Positions 11,469 through 26,227 of a stretch of 64,000 nucleotides of DNA are shown here, in pieces. The DNA lies in assembly GCA_951406725.2 (NCBI GenBank), contig OX597816.1:134478001-134542000 (forward strand), read 5' to 3'. The notes beneath the pieces are model-generated. The model did no database searches. It saw nothing but the letters and a program-made list of their open reading frames with translations, and was not told the DNA's origin. The position numbers and the translations under genes are program-made. Position 1 is the first letter of the stretch; each line of letters starts with the position of its first letter. The stretch comes from Octopus vulgaris (Eukaryota).

Positions 11469-12238
11469 CCCAACCATGCAACAGGTTGTAATGGATTCCA
11501 TGTTACCAGTAGCAATCATGACCGACCCCCACATGTGACCTGCTACATGGTTATGTCATCAGCAACTATAGCAACACCACCACTAGGCTTGCCTGGTGAG
11601 GAGGATTGCTAGAAACCTAGCAGAACAAAAAGCAAGACTTGTCAAAAGGGCAGATGAACCTACTGTAGATTCAATGACTATATAACAACAGCACAGGCCC
11701 TCAGAAGTTCTGGACTGGTGTCCAGCATGCTTGAAGACCAACGGGAGTGAGACATCTCTTAGCTTTTGTTAAAGCATGCCTCTAGAAGGTCACTCAAATA
11801 TAAAACCAGATATGTGGGGAATGGCACAGAACATTTTGGGGATCTTTTGCTTGTGCTTGAGATCATGGTGCTCTTACATTCCTGAACCTGTGACTCATAT
11901 TGGCACTGGATATCTTGCTGTAGCTTGTCTCTTGATCATGTCAGTAGGGTAGAGTGGTCTGTGAGGTCCTGTGCATGCCTTATTAGAACTAAAACTTTAG
12001 GTTGTGCAATTGCCTGTGAGGCAACCATCTAATGCCTGGTCAAGTACAAGGACACCACAGTGAGCAGGGAAGTCACAGGTGTGAACTCAGGTGAAGCCAA
12101 ATGCTGGTGCAGTAACTCATGCGCTGGCATTGCGGATATTTTGCATGGACAATGGTCAGTGATGGCCTTCCTCAGTTATGAGTTGACAGCTATCATCATC
12201 ATCATATATGCATCCACACACACACACACATACACACA

Positions 12239-12690
12239 CAGAATGTCCCCAAAAATGTATATTTACATTAAATGACTATCAAGTCAGTACTTATTAAAGT
12301 ACATCTAATTTTCAAAATTTAATAGAATCTACTGACAGAATCTAATTCTTTTAAGAATGCCTGTTTTGAAACTGATGACTATTCTTGTCCAGACATTGCT
12401 GATAGTGTGAACCAATTGAATCACAAACATCAAGAAACATTTCATTTAGTATTTCTGTGCATTCCCATGCAATGGCTGTCCTCGATTCATCAAATGTCGC
12501 CAGTTTTGTATCCTTTAAGTATTTTCATGAAAAAAGTCTACTCATATCAGGTTTAGAGAATGTGGGTATTCCACTGAATCTCTTTGTCCAATCTACCTAT
12601 TTGTCAAAATCTTATCAAGGTAGCCTCTTACATTATTCTGGAAGTAGGGTGATGAGCTCTATCTGGCTGAAAATAAAACTCCATGAGGAA
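12239..12690 (-). mobile_element. Tc1/mariner-like transposon 3' remnant
   Basis: Minus strand near 12514-12567 reads PTFSKPDMSRLFS*KYLK, a weak match to PRSPDLTPLDFFLWGYLK. TIR-like cagaatgtcccc..aaaatg at about 12239. Confidence 0.35.
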
Positions 12691-13015
12691 ATTTAACAAG
12701 GAAACTAGCTTTTCTATGTGGAAGATACACAGGTACAATAAACACTGAAAATGTGCAGGAAACAGACTCCATCAACTGTCAGGGGGGGGGCAAGCTAGAG
12801 GTAATAGATAGCTTCTGTTACCAAGGTGAACAAGTAGTAGCTGTTCAGCAAAAGAGACTGATAGAATAAGTACTTGGTTTCCTGGGTCAATTTGTTCAAC
12901 TAAAGGCAGTACTCCAGCATGGGTGCAGTCAAATGACAGAAACAAGTAAAAGAATATGTGTGTGTGTATTTATATATATATATATTATGTGTATGTGTGT
13001 GTTTATGTGTATATG

Positions 13016-13052
<37 letters not shown>

Positions 13053-14339
13053 TAGTGAAAGATGTATCATAGGCCATTGGCATACTGATAAACCTTTATT
13101 CTTCAAAGTTTCTTGTAATATTTGGTGCCCTTGTGTTGCACCAAAAAACCCCTTGTATCATAAATGCAGTGAACCATTCATTGCTTTATTGTAAGCTTGT
13201 AACCAACAATGATATTATTTATAAAATGCAAAATAAATAAATATATTTACCCCATCATTTAATATCCTCCTTTTATGCTGGCATTGTTTGGATGGTTCGA
13301 CAGGAGCTGGCCAGATAGAAGTCTACACCAAACTTTTGTGTCTGTTTCGGCAGGGTTTTTATGGCTGGATACCCTTCCTAACACCAACAACCCCAGCACA
13401 GGCGAAGTCAGTTTGCATACTAATTGTTAGCCAGGCGTCGTTAAGAGTTTATGTACTTTGTTCAGAAACAGAAAACTACAGCTATAGTCATAATGTTTAG
13501 ATTAACTAACTCAGCAAATTAACTTTATATCCACTGTGCTTCAACACACTCACTGACAAGCTAGAAATAACAGTCCAATCTCCTTCAATTCTGCCTTTGT
13601 TTTAATTGATTTTTAAAATAAGGGAGAATTTATCAAAATAACTTTGTGAATATTAAACTGTTTGGAACATCAATTAACATGAAACTTTGAGGAAAATATT
13701 TTTATTTAGAGTTCTTTAAAACAGAAAATTTGCATTATAGAACCAGGAAAAGTTTTAGATGGGTTGGTATGTTGAACTCCACGACAATAAACCTAATGTT
13801 AGATATGAAAAATAAACCCATATTTCAAAATTATGATTTTCTTTATTAATTTCTAATTAACAAATATCCTTTTCTAATCTAGGCACAAGGCCTGAAATTT
13901 TGGGGGAGGGGGCCAGTCGATTAGATCGACCCCAGTATGCAACTGGTACTTATTTTATCGACCCCGAAATGATGAAAAGCGAAGTCGACCTTAACCGAAT
14001 TTGAACTCAGAATGTGATGACAGACGAAATACTACTAAGCATTTCATCCGGTGTGCTAACGTTTCTGCTATCTTGCTGCCTTCTAATTAACAAATATCAC
14101 ACATGCACACATGCATGCACACATGCATGCACACATACACACACACAGATAGTAATTGTTATGATTCATAGAGTTATACATTCTTTTAAATACTAACATA
14201 TGTAGATGATTTAAGGAGGGAAATTTATTTATTGCTAGAATGTCATTTTTACCACCACCCAGCTTTGATGTAGGATTAAAATCTGTTTGTCAGTTGGAAG
14301 AAAAACAAACAAGAAATGCTTAAGCTACAATTTGATTAA

Positions 14340-14558
14340 CCCTTTAGTAGTCAGACTGCTATATCAGGCCCAAATCTTCTACCTGTTTTATGTTCAAACT
14401 GACCTGATCAGGCCTCTCATACCTGCCCTACAATGTCATTCTAAAAATATACATTCACATCATTAAAATCACAAAGCTACAAAATAATGCATGATTAATT
14501 ACAAACAATGTGAATAAATTAGGATTACATTTAACAGAGTAATCTGAATGTTAAAGGG
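14340..14558. mobile_element. piggyBac-type MITE (~220 bp)
   Basis: TTAA|CCCTTT...AAAGGG|TTAA termini. Homologous copies at about 29247-29460, 33577-33802, 34672-34897, 58283-58497 and 58895-59112. Confidence 0.75.
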
Positions 14559-17500
14559 TTAAGGATTTGGTTTAGTAATCTGAAGAAAATACTGAAATAC
14601 CAGATGCTTGAAATTTGTTACAAACTACACTGAAACAAAGTGAGATAAGTCTAATCCTGATAAACATCAAGAGCAAATGCCCTGAAAGAAACTGACAAAG
14701 GAAATAATTGCTTAAGATTACAAAAAATAACAATGAGGGTCACAATAAGAAAATGTACTACGAGAAAAATTCCTCTGGTTTCCATTTCAACAGAAAATAC
14801 TTAAGACAAATATACTTCACTCATTTGGAGAAATATTTTGGAATATTTCAAATAAATTTCCTTTGAGGTGAAATTTGAAGGCTTCTAATGAAGTTTGAAC
14901 AAATCTGGTTACAATCTCTATATTACAAAACACATTTTTTTTCTTTTATAATGATTGAAGAGGTTTACTTACTAATTAATTATTGGTAAATTTCAGTTTC
15001 TACAGTATGTTAAGTAATACAGATAAATCCAGGTATGAGCATTAAAAAATAAAGAAAAGTTGAAACTTGTAAAAGACATGGATCTAGATGCATTGAGGTC
15101 TTTAACTATGAGAAGTCAAATTGCTAGTGGCTTGAAAGGTAATTAAAGAAATGAACAAAAGTGACCTGAAAGTCATAAAAAAAAAACAGCATGTGAGAGA
15201 AAAAAGGAAAAAAAAGAAACAAAATATCATTTTTGAATATTATGATTTTAATGATTAAAGCAGAGTGTTCTGAAGAAAATGCATTTGAAGTGAAATATTT
15301 ATTACTTTATGAGCCAGATGAGTTTTCAGAAGTGAAGGGGGAAAACAAATTGAAATATCTTTACGGGTTTATACATGCATACTTTCATTACCTTTATAAA
15401 ACACATTTATTTCTTAAAGGATAGAAAACCTAACAATCCAAGCCAGTATATCAAAACAAACCTAAAATATTTGAAGTTAAAAATGTGAACAACTGAACGT
15501 TTTTGTAGCTGTTGTGTAGTGCCTCTTAGAAAGACCGGCTCTGATTTTATTTCATGGTTGAGTAGTCAGCGGAATGAAGGGGATTGAACTGTAAAACAAT
15601 TGTTTCAACAAGTGAAATAAAAAAAATATCCCCCTTATACATGATGGTGGAATGCAGCTTATGCATATATCATTACATAAAAGATGTTTTTTTTTGGCCA
15701 AAATTTCATAAATTTGCCAGCTCTGGCCACACTGTTCAACCCATGCCAGCATGGACATGGACATTAAATGATGATGATGATGTATATATATATTATGTGT
15801 GTGTGTGTGTAATTATATATATATATATACATTATATATATGTTATATAATATATAAATATTATATATATAATATATATATTATCACATCATCGTTTAAC
15901 GTCCAACTTCCATGCATGCATGGGTAGGACAGTTGACAGGCGCCAGCAGGGTAGAAAACCTACCCTAGGCTACTGTGTCTGTCTTGACAGAGATTTTACA
16001 GCTGGATGTCCTTCCTAACATTAACCACTCTGCAGAGTGGACTCAGTACTTTTTACGTGCCACTAGCACAGGTGAGGTCAGTTTCGGCATGATTTTTACA
16101 TCTGGATACCCTTCCAAATGCCAACCACATTACAGTGTGGACTGGATGCTTTTAACATGGCACCAGCACTAGCAGAGTAACCAAGTTACATGCAAAACAA
16201 GGAATTATGAGAGGGGCGGGGTATTTGAGGAGGGGAACTTGTGTCAGAGGATGAAAGGTTAGACAGAAACAGATGTCTCACCACAACAGAGAGGGCATTA
16301 GAGAATATGATCCAGTGTCAGATGATAAAAGGTTAGAATGTAACAGAGAAATAGCAAGGCAGAAATAGGTCTCTTGCTACAGAGAAGGTACATGGTTACC
16401 CAGTGTTATATGTGGTTATACATATGTCTGTGGATATATATATAAATATATGTATGTATGTATATATGTATCTATCTATCTTCTCTCTCCTCTTTTTTCT
16501 GATTTGGATAGCTATGTATCTCCTCAACAGCAAGACACCTGTTTCTATCTCTCTATTATACTCTAACCTCTCATCAACTGGAACAAAGCCTACACTATCA
16601 ATACTACTCCTCCTCTCAGTTGAGGGTCTTTGTCTTACAGGGTACTTGGTGACCCTACCAGTGCTGGTGCAACATAAAAAAGCACCCAGTACACTCTGTA
16701 AAGTGGTTGGCATTAGGACTGGGTATCCAGCTGTAGAAACCATGTGAAAGCAGACAGTAGAGTTTTCTAGTTCCTCTAACAAACTGTCCAACCCCTACCA
16801 GCATGGAAAACAGATGTTAAATGGTCATGATGATTAGTGATATATACATAAATACATGTATGTGTTTGTGTGTGTAATGTAAAGGAATAGGGATTTGGAA
16901 TCTGGGCATGTACCTTATTAGTACTTCAAAAAATCAAATGGTAGGGAACACATAAAATTGTGTAAGGCAAACAATTACATGGTACTTCACTCAACAAATA
17001 AATCTCAAGTTCACTTCTTGGGATTTAATACACCATATGGAGTAAATATTCAAGTCATCAAAGAAAAGAATGAACAATCATACATTCTCAAAATTTGTTT
17101 ATTACAGTATTATTCACATTATATTTCAGACATTTATTCTGCTGCATAAACTTAATATCCCTTGGTTTAGCATTTATCAGCATTCAACTGCAGTATATAT
17201 TTGTTCAGGGTAGATGTATCTGTGTAGCTTTATTCAAGCTTGTACCAACATGATTGGGTGAAGCAAACTGAGAAATTCAGCCTTTGATAGCCTTTCTCAA
17301 AGGATAACTTAGGTGGTGGGGAGCATTAAAGCTTAATGTACATTAAGGTAAAGCAATACTAGGATGTTTTCCAGATTTTTCTCCCCATAAGCACATTTTA
17401 TGGAATGTTGATGTGGCAGTCCACGGCTAGGATTTAAGCAACAATAACAAAATAATTTATTTAAATCTTTAACCCCCACCCTGCATTAAGCAAGTCCATA

Positions 17501-19230
17501 TGTGTGTGCGTGTGAAAGAAAAAGCATATTTACTAACAGAAAAATATGCTATTAAAATAAATGTTGTGGATAGCTGAAAAAGAAAAAAAAACTACCTTGT
17601 GTTTAGTGCTTGGGGCTGACATAAAGCTAAGGGGTCCTTCACAAAGGAGCTGCATCCTCATCTTGGAATGATGAAGACAAACTGGGGAGTAGAGGAGTAT
17701 GGAAAGTTGTTAGGGACAGCAAGAGAAAGAGCGAAAAAAAAAGCTGAGAGAAAAGTGAGTCAGGTCAAAGATGCACCTGGTAGAGGCCATTTACCTCTGG
17801 AATGGCATGAAATTCAGTCCTTAGAATCAACAACATTAACAAATAATCTGAACTATGTGAATGAGAAGTGGAAGAGTAATATCTGATTGAAAAGCTATGT
17901 TCGGATTTTGTGGAATACTTAAATGCTAGAATATTGATTAAAAAAATCATGCTGGTGGTCTTTTTAAGAAATATATGTGAATTACCCAAAGGATGTGGCA
18001 GGATTCAATCCTAGTTCAACACTAAGAACATGGATACTTTCAGGAGTCTCAGGATTCAATACCAGGAAGTAATGCCCTGAACCACACTTGGTGACAGCTT
18101 CTCAACTGTGAGTGGATTACCCTTGTTTATTTGTATCATATTTATATTTCTTCTATATTATAGTTAAGTGAAGTATAATATGATGGAAAATAATGGAAAA
18201 TGATTGAAGTGCAGCTGCTTCTTAAACCCAAGTCAACTCTGATCTTGCAAACCTATGCTCAAAGACATTCCAACCATGATGATCCAATGTATTCTTCCTT
18301 TATAAGATAGTTGAATGTGAATGAAAACAATGAAGTAATTTTGTTGCTATTTCTAAAAAACATGCAATTCATAGAAGTTACCTTGTTGGTTTGATGGTGA
18401 AGTTTGGTTCAGTAAGGTATAAACCAATACTTTTTACTCAGAGACATCTTGAATAGATGATATTTCTACTAATTAAAAATCTCTTATGCTATAAAGGAAA
18501 GTTCTCTTGTTGTAGTTTAGATCCAGCTGAGCCTTGAATGAGCTGAATCTAAATAACAGTCATTCAGGGCTGATTGAATAAACAGACCTATAATCAAACG
18601 TTTTTCAATCTTGACCAAGCATTGCATATATTGGGCTTCTCCTTGGGTATTTTCAGAAGTGAAATCAATCCAGAACCATATGGTTGGGAAGTAAACTAAT
18701 CTACACAGTAATGCCTGCACTTATAGTTTATATACTATACTACATCTAAGTTACTCAACATTTTATTGTTACTGCAGTCATTCTATCTCAGCTGTACTAG
18801 TTACTTCACACTTCACATTTATTCAGGACAATATAAATGATTACAAGGTAATATAATAAAAATAAATGCTCTTATGATTATTTTTCTGTCATAATTTTAT
18901 TTTCTTAATGAATGCATCCATCAATTTGAAATATATCAACACTTATATATTACTTTGTCAAATTGTAAAACCTGTTTTTAACACAGAACTTCATTTAATT
19001 TAAAGCAGTTAAATTTGGGGGGGTGGGGGACATAAAGCACAGCAGTCAATTATAATTACATGTAAAAAAAATTAGGCTTTGAGAGGCAAAAGTATGCAAT
19101 ATACATTATAGTATCATATATGTTCGAGTGAATAACTATGTTAATTTTTCTGTTAAGTTGCAGCTCTTTCTTACTTCACACTTTTCATATTAATAGTTTT
19201 ACGGGATATTAAGAGTTTAGAAGGGTACAG

Positions 19231-19884
19231 CTCTAGGGAAGTGGCATGCAGTCTAAGAGATGAAACAGCTATTTTCTTGGACAAGTCATCCTTTACCTTA
19301 TTTCCAACCACTGGGTGAGTATACATGTGAAGACAGCCAAAAGAAGCATTTGACCCAGACTGCCTTCTTCCAACTGTTAAGCATGGAGGATCTGTGATGA
19401 TCTGGGCAGGGGAGAGGGCTATATCTTGGAAATCTGCTGGCCCAATGGTTTCCCTTCTTGGCAGAATTAAGTCAAGACTATTTAAGCATTTTATCTGATC
19501 AATGGTTGCAGAACTGTTTCCGGAGAGAAATGTAATCTTTCAGGATGATAATGCACCAATTCACACAGCTAAAATTGTTACTGAATGGCACAAGGAACAC
19601 TCTTGTGAAGTTGAACATCTTATCTGGCCACCACAGTCCTCAATATCATTGAACATTTATGGTGCATTTTAGAAAAACAAGGAGTCAATATCTGCCACCA
19701 TCTTCACAAGAACTGGAGACTGTTTTAGCTGAAGAATGGACAAAAATTCCTTTGGAAACAATTTCGTTTGTACGAGTCCATACCTTGTAGAATTCAAGCT
19801 GTAATTACTGCCAAAGGTGGTCCTACCTCATATTAAAATTTGTTTGAAATTTTAAGGTGTTCCCATTATTTTGTCCAACCCCTG
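19231..19884 (+). mobile_element. Tc1 transposon 3' half (same family as 60827-62107)
   Basis: Degenerate transposase (FQDDNAPIHTAK, WPPQS..NIIEHLW) and terminal TIR ccattattttgtccaacccctg|TA. Confidence 0.85.
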
Positions 19885-21432
19885 TATATGTGAGTACTTT
19901 ATCTAGACATCATATAATGGTTGTAAATGTGCATCATCATGATACAAGTAAGGTTGTTTGCTTCCAGTCTTTGTGAAAATCATGTCTAGCTATGGGAAAA
20001 TACTTGCTTGGAAATTGGTGAGAGCTGGCAACAAGAGCATCCAACCATAAAACAATTTCCTCAATAAATTTTGCCTAATCCATGCTAGTATGGAAAAATG
20101 GACATTAAATGACAACAGTTAAAGAAATGTATATAGAGAATGTACTTCTACAACTATTCAAGTAGTATTTTAATGAAGAACATACTGAATTAGCAGGAGC
20201 TGTTCAGGCATGAATATATCCTCTCTCTCAATAGGATGCCTAATCTTTATGGAGAATAAAGTGCAGAATCTGACCTTCTTACAAACTGTCAATATTTAGT
20301 TAAAGGTCAAGAATCTGAAATATTAGATTTACTTCTTATATTAATTAAACTGATTGATATTCTCTAAATTCTTAGTCTTTAAATTGTTTGGCAATGTGGG
20401 AGTCACCAAAGAAATTTCTGGTTGATTGTAAAGTCTAATATTAGTAAGAACACAAGGGTTATAGTTTTTATATACTTCATGAATATAAATTTTATGCTTT
20501 GGGATAATTTTAGGAAATGAAGTAATTTGCACAAAGATTAAAATAATAGCTTGGTTTTAGAATGTTTAGCTGAAATTCATCAATCTTTTAAATCTGTGTT
20601 GAGTAAAACTGAGTGTCAATTTTTGAGAATTAGACTATTTTTGTAGAATAAGTCTCAACAAAAATGAAAAGTATGTATGTATAATATAGTCAATAGGTGA
20701 GGGCAGATAAGTTCAGTATAGAAAACACATAGTAGTGCCCAAATGAATTTAAACTTAAACTTTGACTTCTTCATTTGGGAAAGGTCCAGTGTCAAGAGTG
20801 ACTATAAGAGAAATTCAAAATGAGCTGATATGGGGGTAGTTATGCAGGTAGACAGTTAGGCTTGATATATACACAGTTGTATAATGAATGGAATGTTCTT
20901 TTCATTTCTCTATTTCTTTTTTAAACCTAAGCGGTTCATAAGTCGACCAAGGGATCTGCAGGAGATGCCTAGTTCATTGGAAACTCACTTTTTTGATTTC
21001 TGGGTTCTTTGAATCAATGCTTGAGCCACACAACTGTATATGTATTTTTGCCCACCCCTATATATATAAGGGTGGGCAAGGAACACAATAAATACAGAAT
21101 AAAATATAAAGAAATTAAGTAACTCAACAGCTGTTTCTGGAAGCCAAGGGTTACATATTAATCATAATTTGATCTATGCAAAAAAAAAGTCATGAGTATG
21201 CAACCAGTAACCAGTCACATGAAGATACTACCGTAAGTCCAGTTCCCTTCTTCATGAGAAGATTGGCAAAATGATGATAATAACAATGTAGTTCAGGAGT
21301 AAGATAACACAAGAAATCAGTAAATCTTTAATTAAAGTTATCTGATGGAGAAGTAGGTATTGAACAAGGGAAACATGAGTTATGTCTTCTTCATAATTTT
21401 AATGAGACTAGAAAGATGTAGAAAACATATAT

Positions 21433-22407
21433 AGGGTCAAGTAGCAAAATCAAAACTGTTGAGATGCTTCTAAGCCTGTAACTATAACTGAAAAATTAGA
21501 AGCATGAAACTTTGTCTTAACATAAGGCAAGATAATACTAGATATATATATATATATATATATTTACTATTAGCAATTACAATCAATTGAATATGGATGT
21601 GAAAGACGAAGCATGCTTTTTCTGCCTACATGACATTGGACCAATACTCATTGAGAACAGGTCCATATCAAGTAGATTTAGACCTGGCAAGCAAGAAGGC
21701 CAAACTTCTTTGGGAATACATTGTGGAATCCTGAGTATGCTTCGAACATTATGTGATCTTGAATAAATATAACTCATTCAGATCATAATTTTGAGTAATC
21801 CAGGGCATCAGAACTTTTATTGGGGATGTTTAAATACTCAGTTGCATTAAGACCAGCTTCAATGAAATGAAATGACATCTCACAACCATTGTTTGCAGTA
21901 GCTCCAAATGCCCATCACCAAAGCATGAATGCAATAAATCTGGAAGGCTTGAAAGCAATATCTCTCCAGTTGTAGTGTTTTCATGACAGTGGATTTCAAA
22001 TTTCTTATCAACAAAGACCCTCACTTTCCCTCCAATGTATGTCAAGTAATTAAGAAGTTCTAGAATTCTCTCAACCATAACAGCTTCAAGAATGAGTAGT
22101 GAGAATGCTTCAATACTTGTTGCAAACATATGACTTCATACCTAAGTCATTTTTTATGGCACTAGCTATCATCCTCCTGTTTATATACTGGGTCTTTGTA
22201 AGCTTGATCAACGTGGAAGATAGATTTATTACAACAGATTTTTTTTAACAATCCAAAAAGGAGCAGCTATGTCAGCAAGCAGGCCCTGTTAAATGGGTGA
22301 CATATCTCTTGTCAAAAGGGCTATGCCCAGAGTGACATATTTTAGCTATAACTTTTTGTCATAGTGATTCCATTTTAAAACAGTTTAAATTTTGCTGCCT
22401 GACCCTG
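21433..22407 (-). mobile_element. Internally deleted Tc1/mariner-superfamily transposon
   Basis: ~28-bp imperfect TIRs (agggtcaagtagcaaaatcaaaactgtt / aacagtttaaattttgctgcctgaccctg). Minus-strand WPSCLPGLNLLD resembles WPxxSPDLNPLD. Confidence 0.65.
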
Positions 22408-23333
22408 TCTGTATTGGTAAGTTGAAAGATAAAAGCTGAAATAATTTAGTCAATGTTATGGTTGGTTGTTGGTTACCAAACAACTTCAGGATCTTTAATA
22501 ATCAGCTAATTAACTTTAGAGTCAATAAACACTGCATAGTACAAGTGAGGAACTCATCTAACAAGATAAACTTAACTCTTTTTTTCTCAGACTATATAAC
22601 TTCTACCTCTAGTTAAGCATGATAAACACATGCAATTATAGAAATGATAAAAGAACTATAAAAGTTACTCCAAAATAACCCATTTATGTGAGAGGAAGAA
22701 GCCATCAAGTTGAATGAAATACACTAAGCAGGAGTTTAGATGATAGTTCTTGCTTTCAGAAGAAACTGATATAATCTTGTAATGTTGCAGGTAAAAACTG
22801 AACAGAAAAGTTTGGATCAACATAGAAAATACATTAACACAGCAATGCTAATTTGGGAAAATAAACTCACTGAATTTACAAGAAAATCAAAATACAGTAA
22901 AAGTTTTTTTTTTTAGCAGTGTAAAGTGTATAAATGTTTTTTTAATAAAAGGTAACCAATAAAGATTTTGTTAACTGTAAATAAACAACCAACTCTATAT
23001 GTTAGTATAATTTTTTATGCTTGCAAAGTAATTTATAGAAAGATACAATTTGTTAAGTCAGAAGTAACTAAATATGTAGCAGTAAAAAAATAGTCTTAAA
23101 AGCAAAAAATTACTGGACATTAAATAAAACAGAATTGGTAAATTTAATCCAAATTTGTAGATGAAATTCAATATTAGATTTCATATCACTGTCTGCTGTC
23201 AGTTATTCAAGGATGGCTGAAGAACCCTTACATCTCAAGATCTAGACTAGAATTGATGAGTCAATCTTGGTTTAAAAGTGGCATTCAAAATATGTATGTG
23301 CTTGCGTGTATGTGTATATGCATGCATAGATGA

Positions 23334-23366
<33 letters not shown>

Positions 23367-24159
23367 ATGGAAATGGAAGAGGTCTTTAATAGTGCTAGGC
23401 TTAGGTATGTGATCGAAGTAAAACCTTTGGCTCCATATATAAGTTATTAGTGTTTCAGATCACGCATTTGATAGAGTTAACATACACAAATATTCAACAT
23501 CAATTTGAGAAAGATTTATAAATAAGAACCTAATAAACTTTGGATCACCATCAATTAAACTGTCCAAAGATTCTGAATGGTGATTTTACTAGAAATCTGA
23601 AATACCAAGCAGTTACTAAGTATTTCTGATCACTTCATCTGCATGCAGGAATTGAATGTCTGAATTAATGTTTGTTATATAAATATATATAAATAATAAA
23701 TAATTTAAAAATAACAAGAATAAGAAAGTTATTATTTTATTAAAAAAAAAAAAAAGAACTGAAAGCTTTTAGTGTATGTGTATGTATGTAAGTTTTGTCT
23801 GAGCATTAATGTCTAAAGGTTGGAAAGAACTTATGTGAGTGAACCAGTTTGTGTAGTTAACTTATTACTGTCAAAAGGAGTAGATTATGGGTAAACTGGA
23901 AAGTAGCAGCCTTCCAGTGCTTGAAGCAAGTCCACAAGTAACAGTTTCTCTCTCACCATGAGCCTTCACAACACAAAGAAATGAAGATTGTAGAAGCTGT
24001 GAATGGTAGAGAAGTGACATAACGTAGAGAAGAAGCAATCAATAGATGCAACTAGGTGTGGTAGCAGCATCTATAATTCTCATTGCCAACTTTTCCTAAC
24101 TTTCACTGCAACACACAACCACAGAAATAGTGTCATTTTCTGCTGAGTAAATTAACTAT

Positions 24160-24285
<126 letters not shown>

Positions 24286-25199
24286 TTAATCAGCACATTT
24301 TGTTTCATTACTTAAAAATTAGAACTGGAAATGAATGTTTAACAATAAAAACATAAGACTGATAAAATATTAACATTGGATGTTTCTAGCAGAATGATGA
24401 TTATATTTAAAGAGAGAAATAAACAGATTTTTAGCTATTTTATATATGTTCATGATTTAGTAAATCTGAAAGTGCTAAAAAGCTTTATGAAAGGATGTGA
24501 ATTTTTTTCCCTCTCAAACTTTAGATAAAATTTACAAGACCGCACAAAAATAAAAAAATATTAAATCTACTTAATAAACTAGGAAAGACTTGGATTAATT
24601 ATTGGGAACGCAAATGTAATTTTAAGAGGGTTGTGCTTTCTTCCAATGTTGTAGGAATGAGTCTTGTCTTGTCTTATAATGGCATTCATCTGGGAGGGGT
24701 TAAGCCAGCTCCTAGTTGTGAGTTCATAGGAGTTTCAAGGGATGATCAGAGGCTACAAAAATAGTTCCCGTCTGTATTTGTAAGCCACCATACACAACCA
24801 GTGGGAGGTCGTCCTTGTATTGCACCTTCTTGCTGCAAGATGCCTGCAGACAAAATCCAATGCCACCAGGAAGCTACCAGATTCTGGGATAGACGCTACC
24901 CCTGAAATTCACCATTGCCTTCCAGTTAGCTGGGTTGCAGCCTTAGCACTGCCAGAATCAGATCTGTTTGCCTTGGATGGCACTACCAGACCTCAATGGC
25001 ATAGCTCTGACACTCATTCATTTAATCTTCCCACTACAATGAGGTCAAGGGTTGGACTTTGTGGAAGAAAGAATATGTGAGGTTGATGCTTATCTCCCGA
25101 GAGGTAAGAGGTAAGTTGTTCATATTTTCTCACTGTGAGGGTAGCAATATCACTAAAGTAAATGTTTATGTGATTGTGAAAGAAATATTTAATTCTTAC

Positions 25200-25268
25200 C
25201 TGATTAATAGTATTACAACTTTTGGTTATAGTTCCTAAGTAGGACATGAGACAAACATCATTGCATTG
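25200..25268 (-). CDS. COPS6: COPS6 exon 9
   Basis: QCNDVCLMSYLGTITKSCNTINQ; AG/GT boundaries, phase 0-0. Confidence 0.96.
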
Positions 25269-26126
25269 CTAGAAAAACAAAACAATTTTCTTTAATCTAT
25301 AAATCAAGTATTGATTGAGTGATTGGTAGAAATAACATTAAATGTAATTCATAATATTTAAAACATGAAATACCAATTTCAATTTAAAACAGAATTATGT
25401 AAACAATAGGTTGATGACTATTTATTTGATTTTGCTGTTTTTATTATTACCTTTAATTTTTTTCCCATTTAGACACAGGTTTTATGAGTTTACTGACTCC
25501 TAATCTATTAACAAAACCTGTTCTCCTGATCTTGCAAAACTATCCAATCTACATTAGCAGGAAAAATTAATATAAAAGTAAGAGAAGCATTGTAATATTG
25601 AAGAAGGTAAAGAGAGAGAAAAGAGAAAGCTTCTGACAATGCAAAAAGTTTTATAAAACCTTTATATTTCAGGAATAAGAAATCCAACAAGTAAGAGGTT
25701 AAGTCAATTACATCAACCCCATTGTTCAACTTGTACTAATTAAGTAACCCTGAAAGGATGAAAGGCATAGTTGACCTCAGAATGTAAGGACAGATGAAAT
25801 GCCAAAGCATTTTGCTCAGCGTGCTAATGAGTCTAACAGAAATATTAGAAATCACCTCCTAGCTAAATGTACCTCCTAATTTTTTTTCATTTCAAATTTA
25901 AATCATATTATTGTAGTAACATTGACTAAATCTAAAATGGGTTCTTCAGTTTTCCATGTAATGCTTCATGATGGAATTAAGGGATAAACTTCAAATATTC
26001 ATGAAAATGACTGGTATAGCTACATTTCTTTTTCAGAGAAGTAATACACTTGTGGCAAAGTTTAAAAAAAAAATTGATGTTTCCATACAGATATTATCAG
26101 AACAAACAAACTATTATTTTACTTAC

Positions 26127-26227
26127 AGTGTAAAAATCTTCTCGAAATTTGGGTGTGTTGATGACTGGCAGTCGATAACACAAGCTGTAGGCTTCTCGGA
26201 GAATATCATGGTTCATTTTTAAATCAC
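26127..26227 (-). CDS. COPS6: COPS6 exon 8
   Basis: (G)[33 protein letters not shown]; AG/GTAAGT, phase 1-0. Confidence 0.96.

Noticed and set aside
16396-16791. 131-aa and 114-aa ORFs on opposite strands
   Set aside because: Composed of low-complexity sequence plus RTE/SINE tail; no protein family features.
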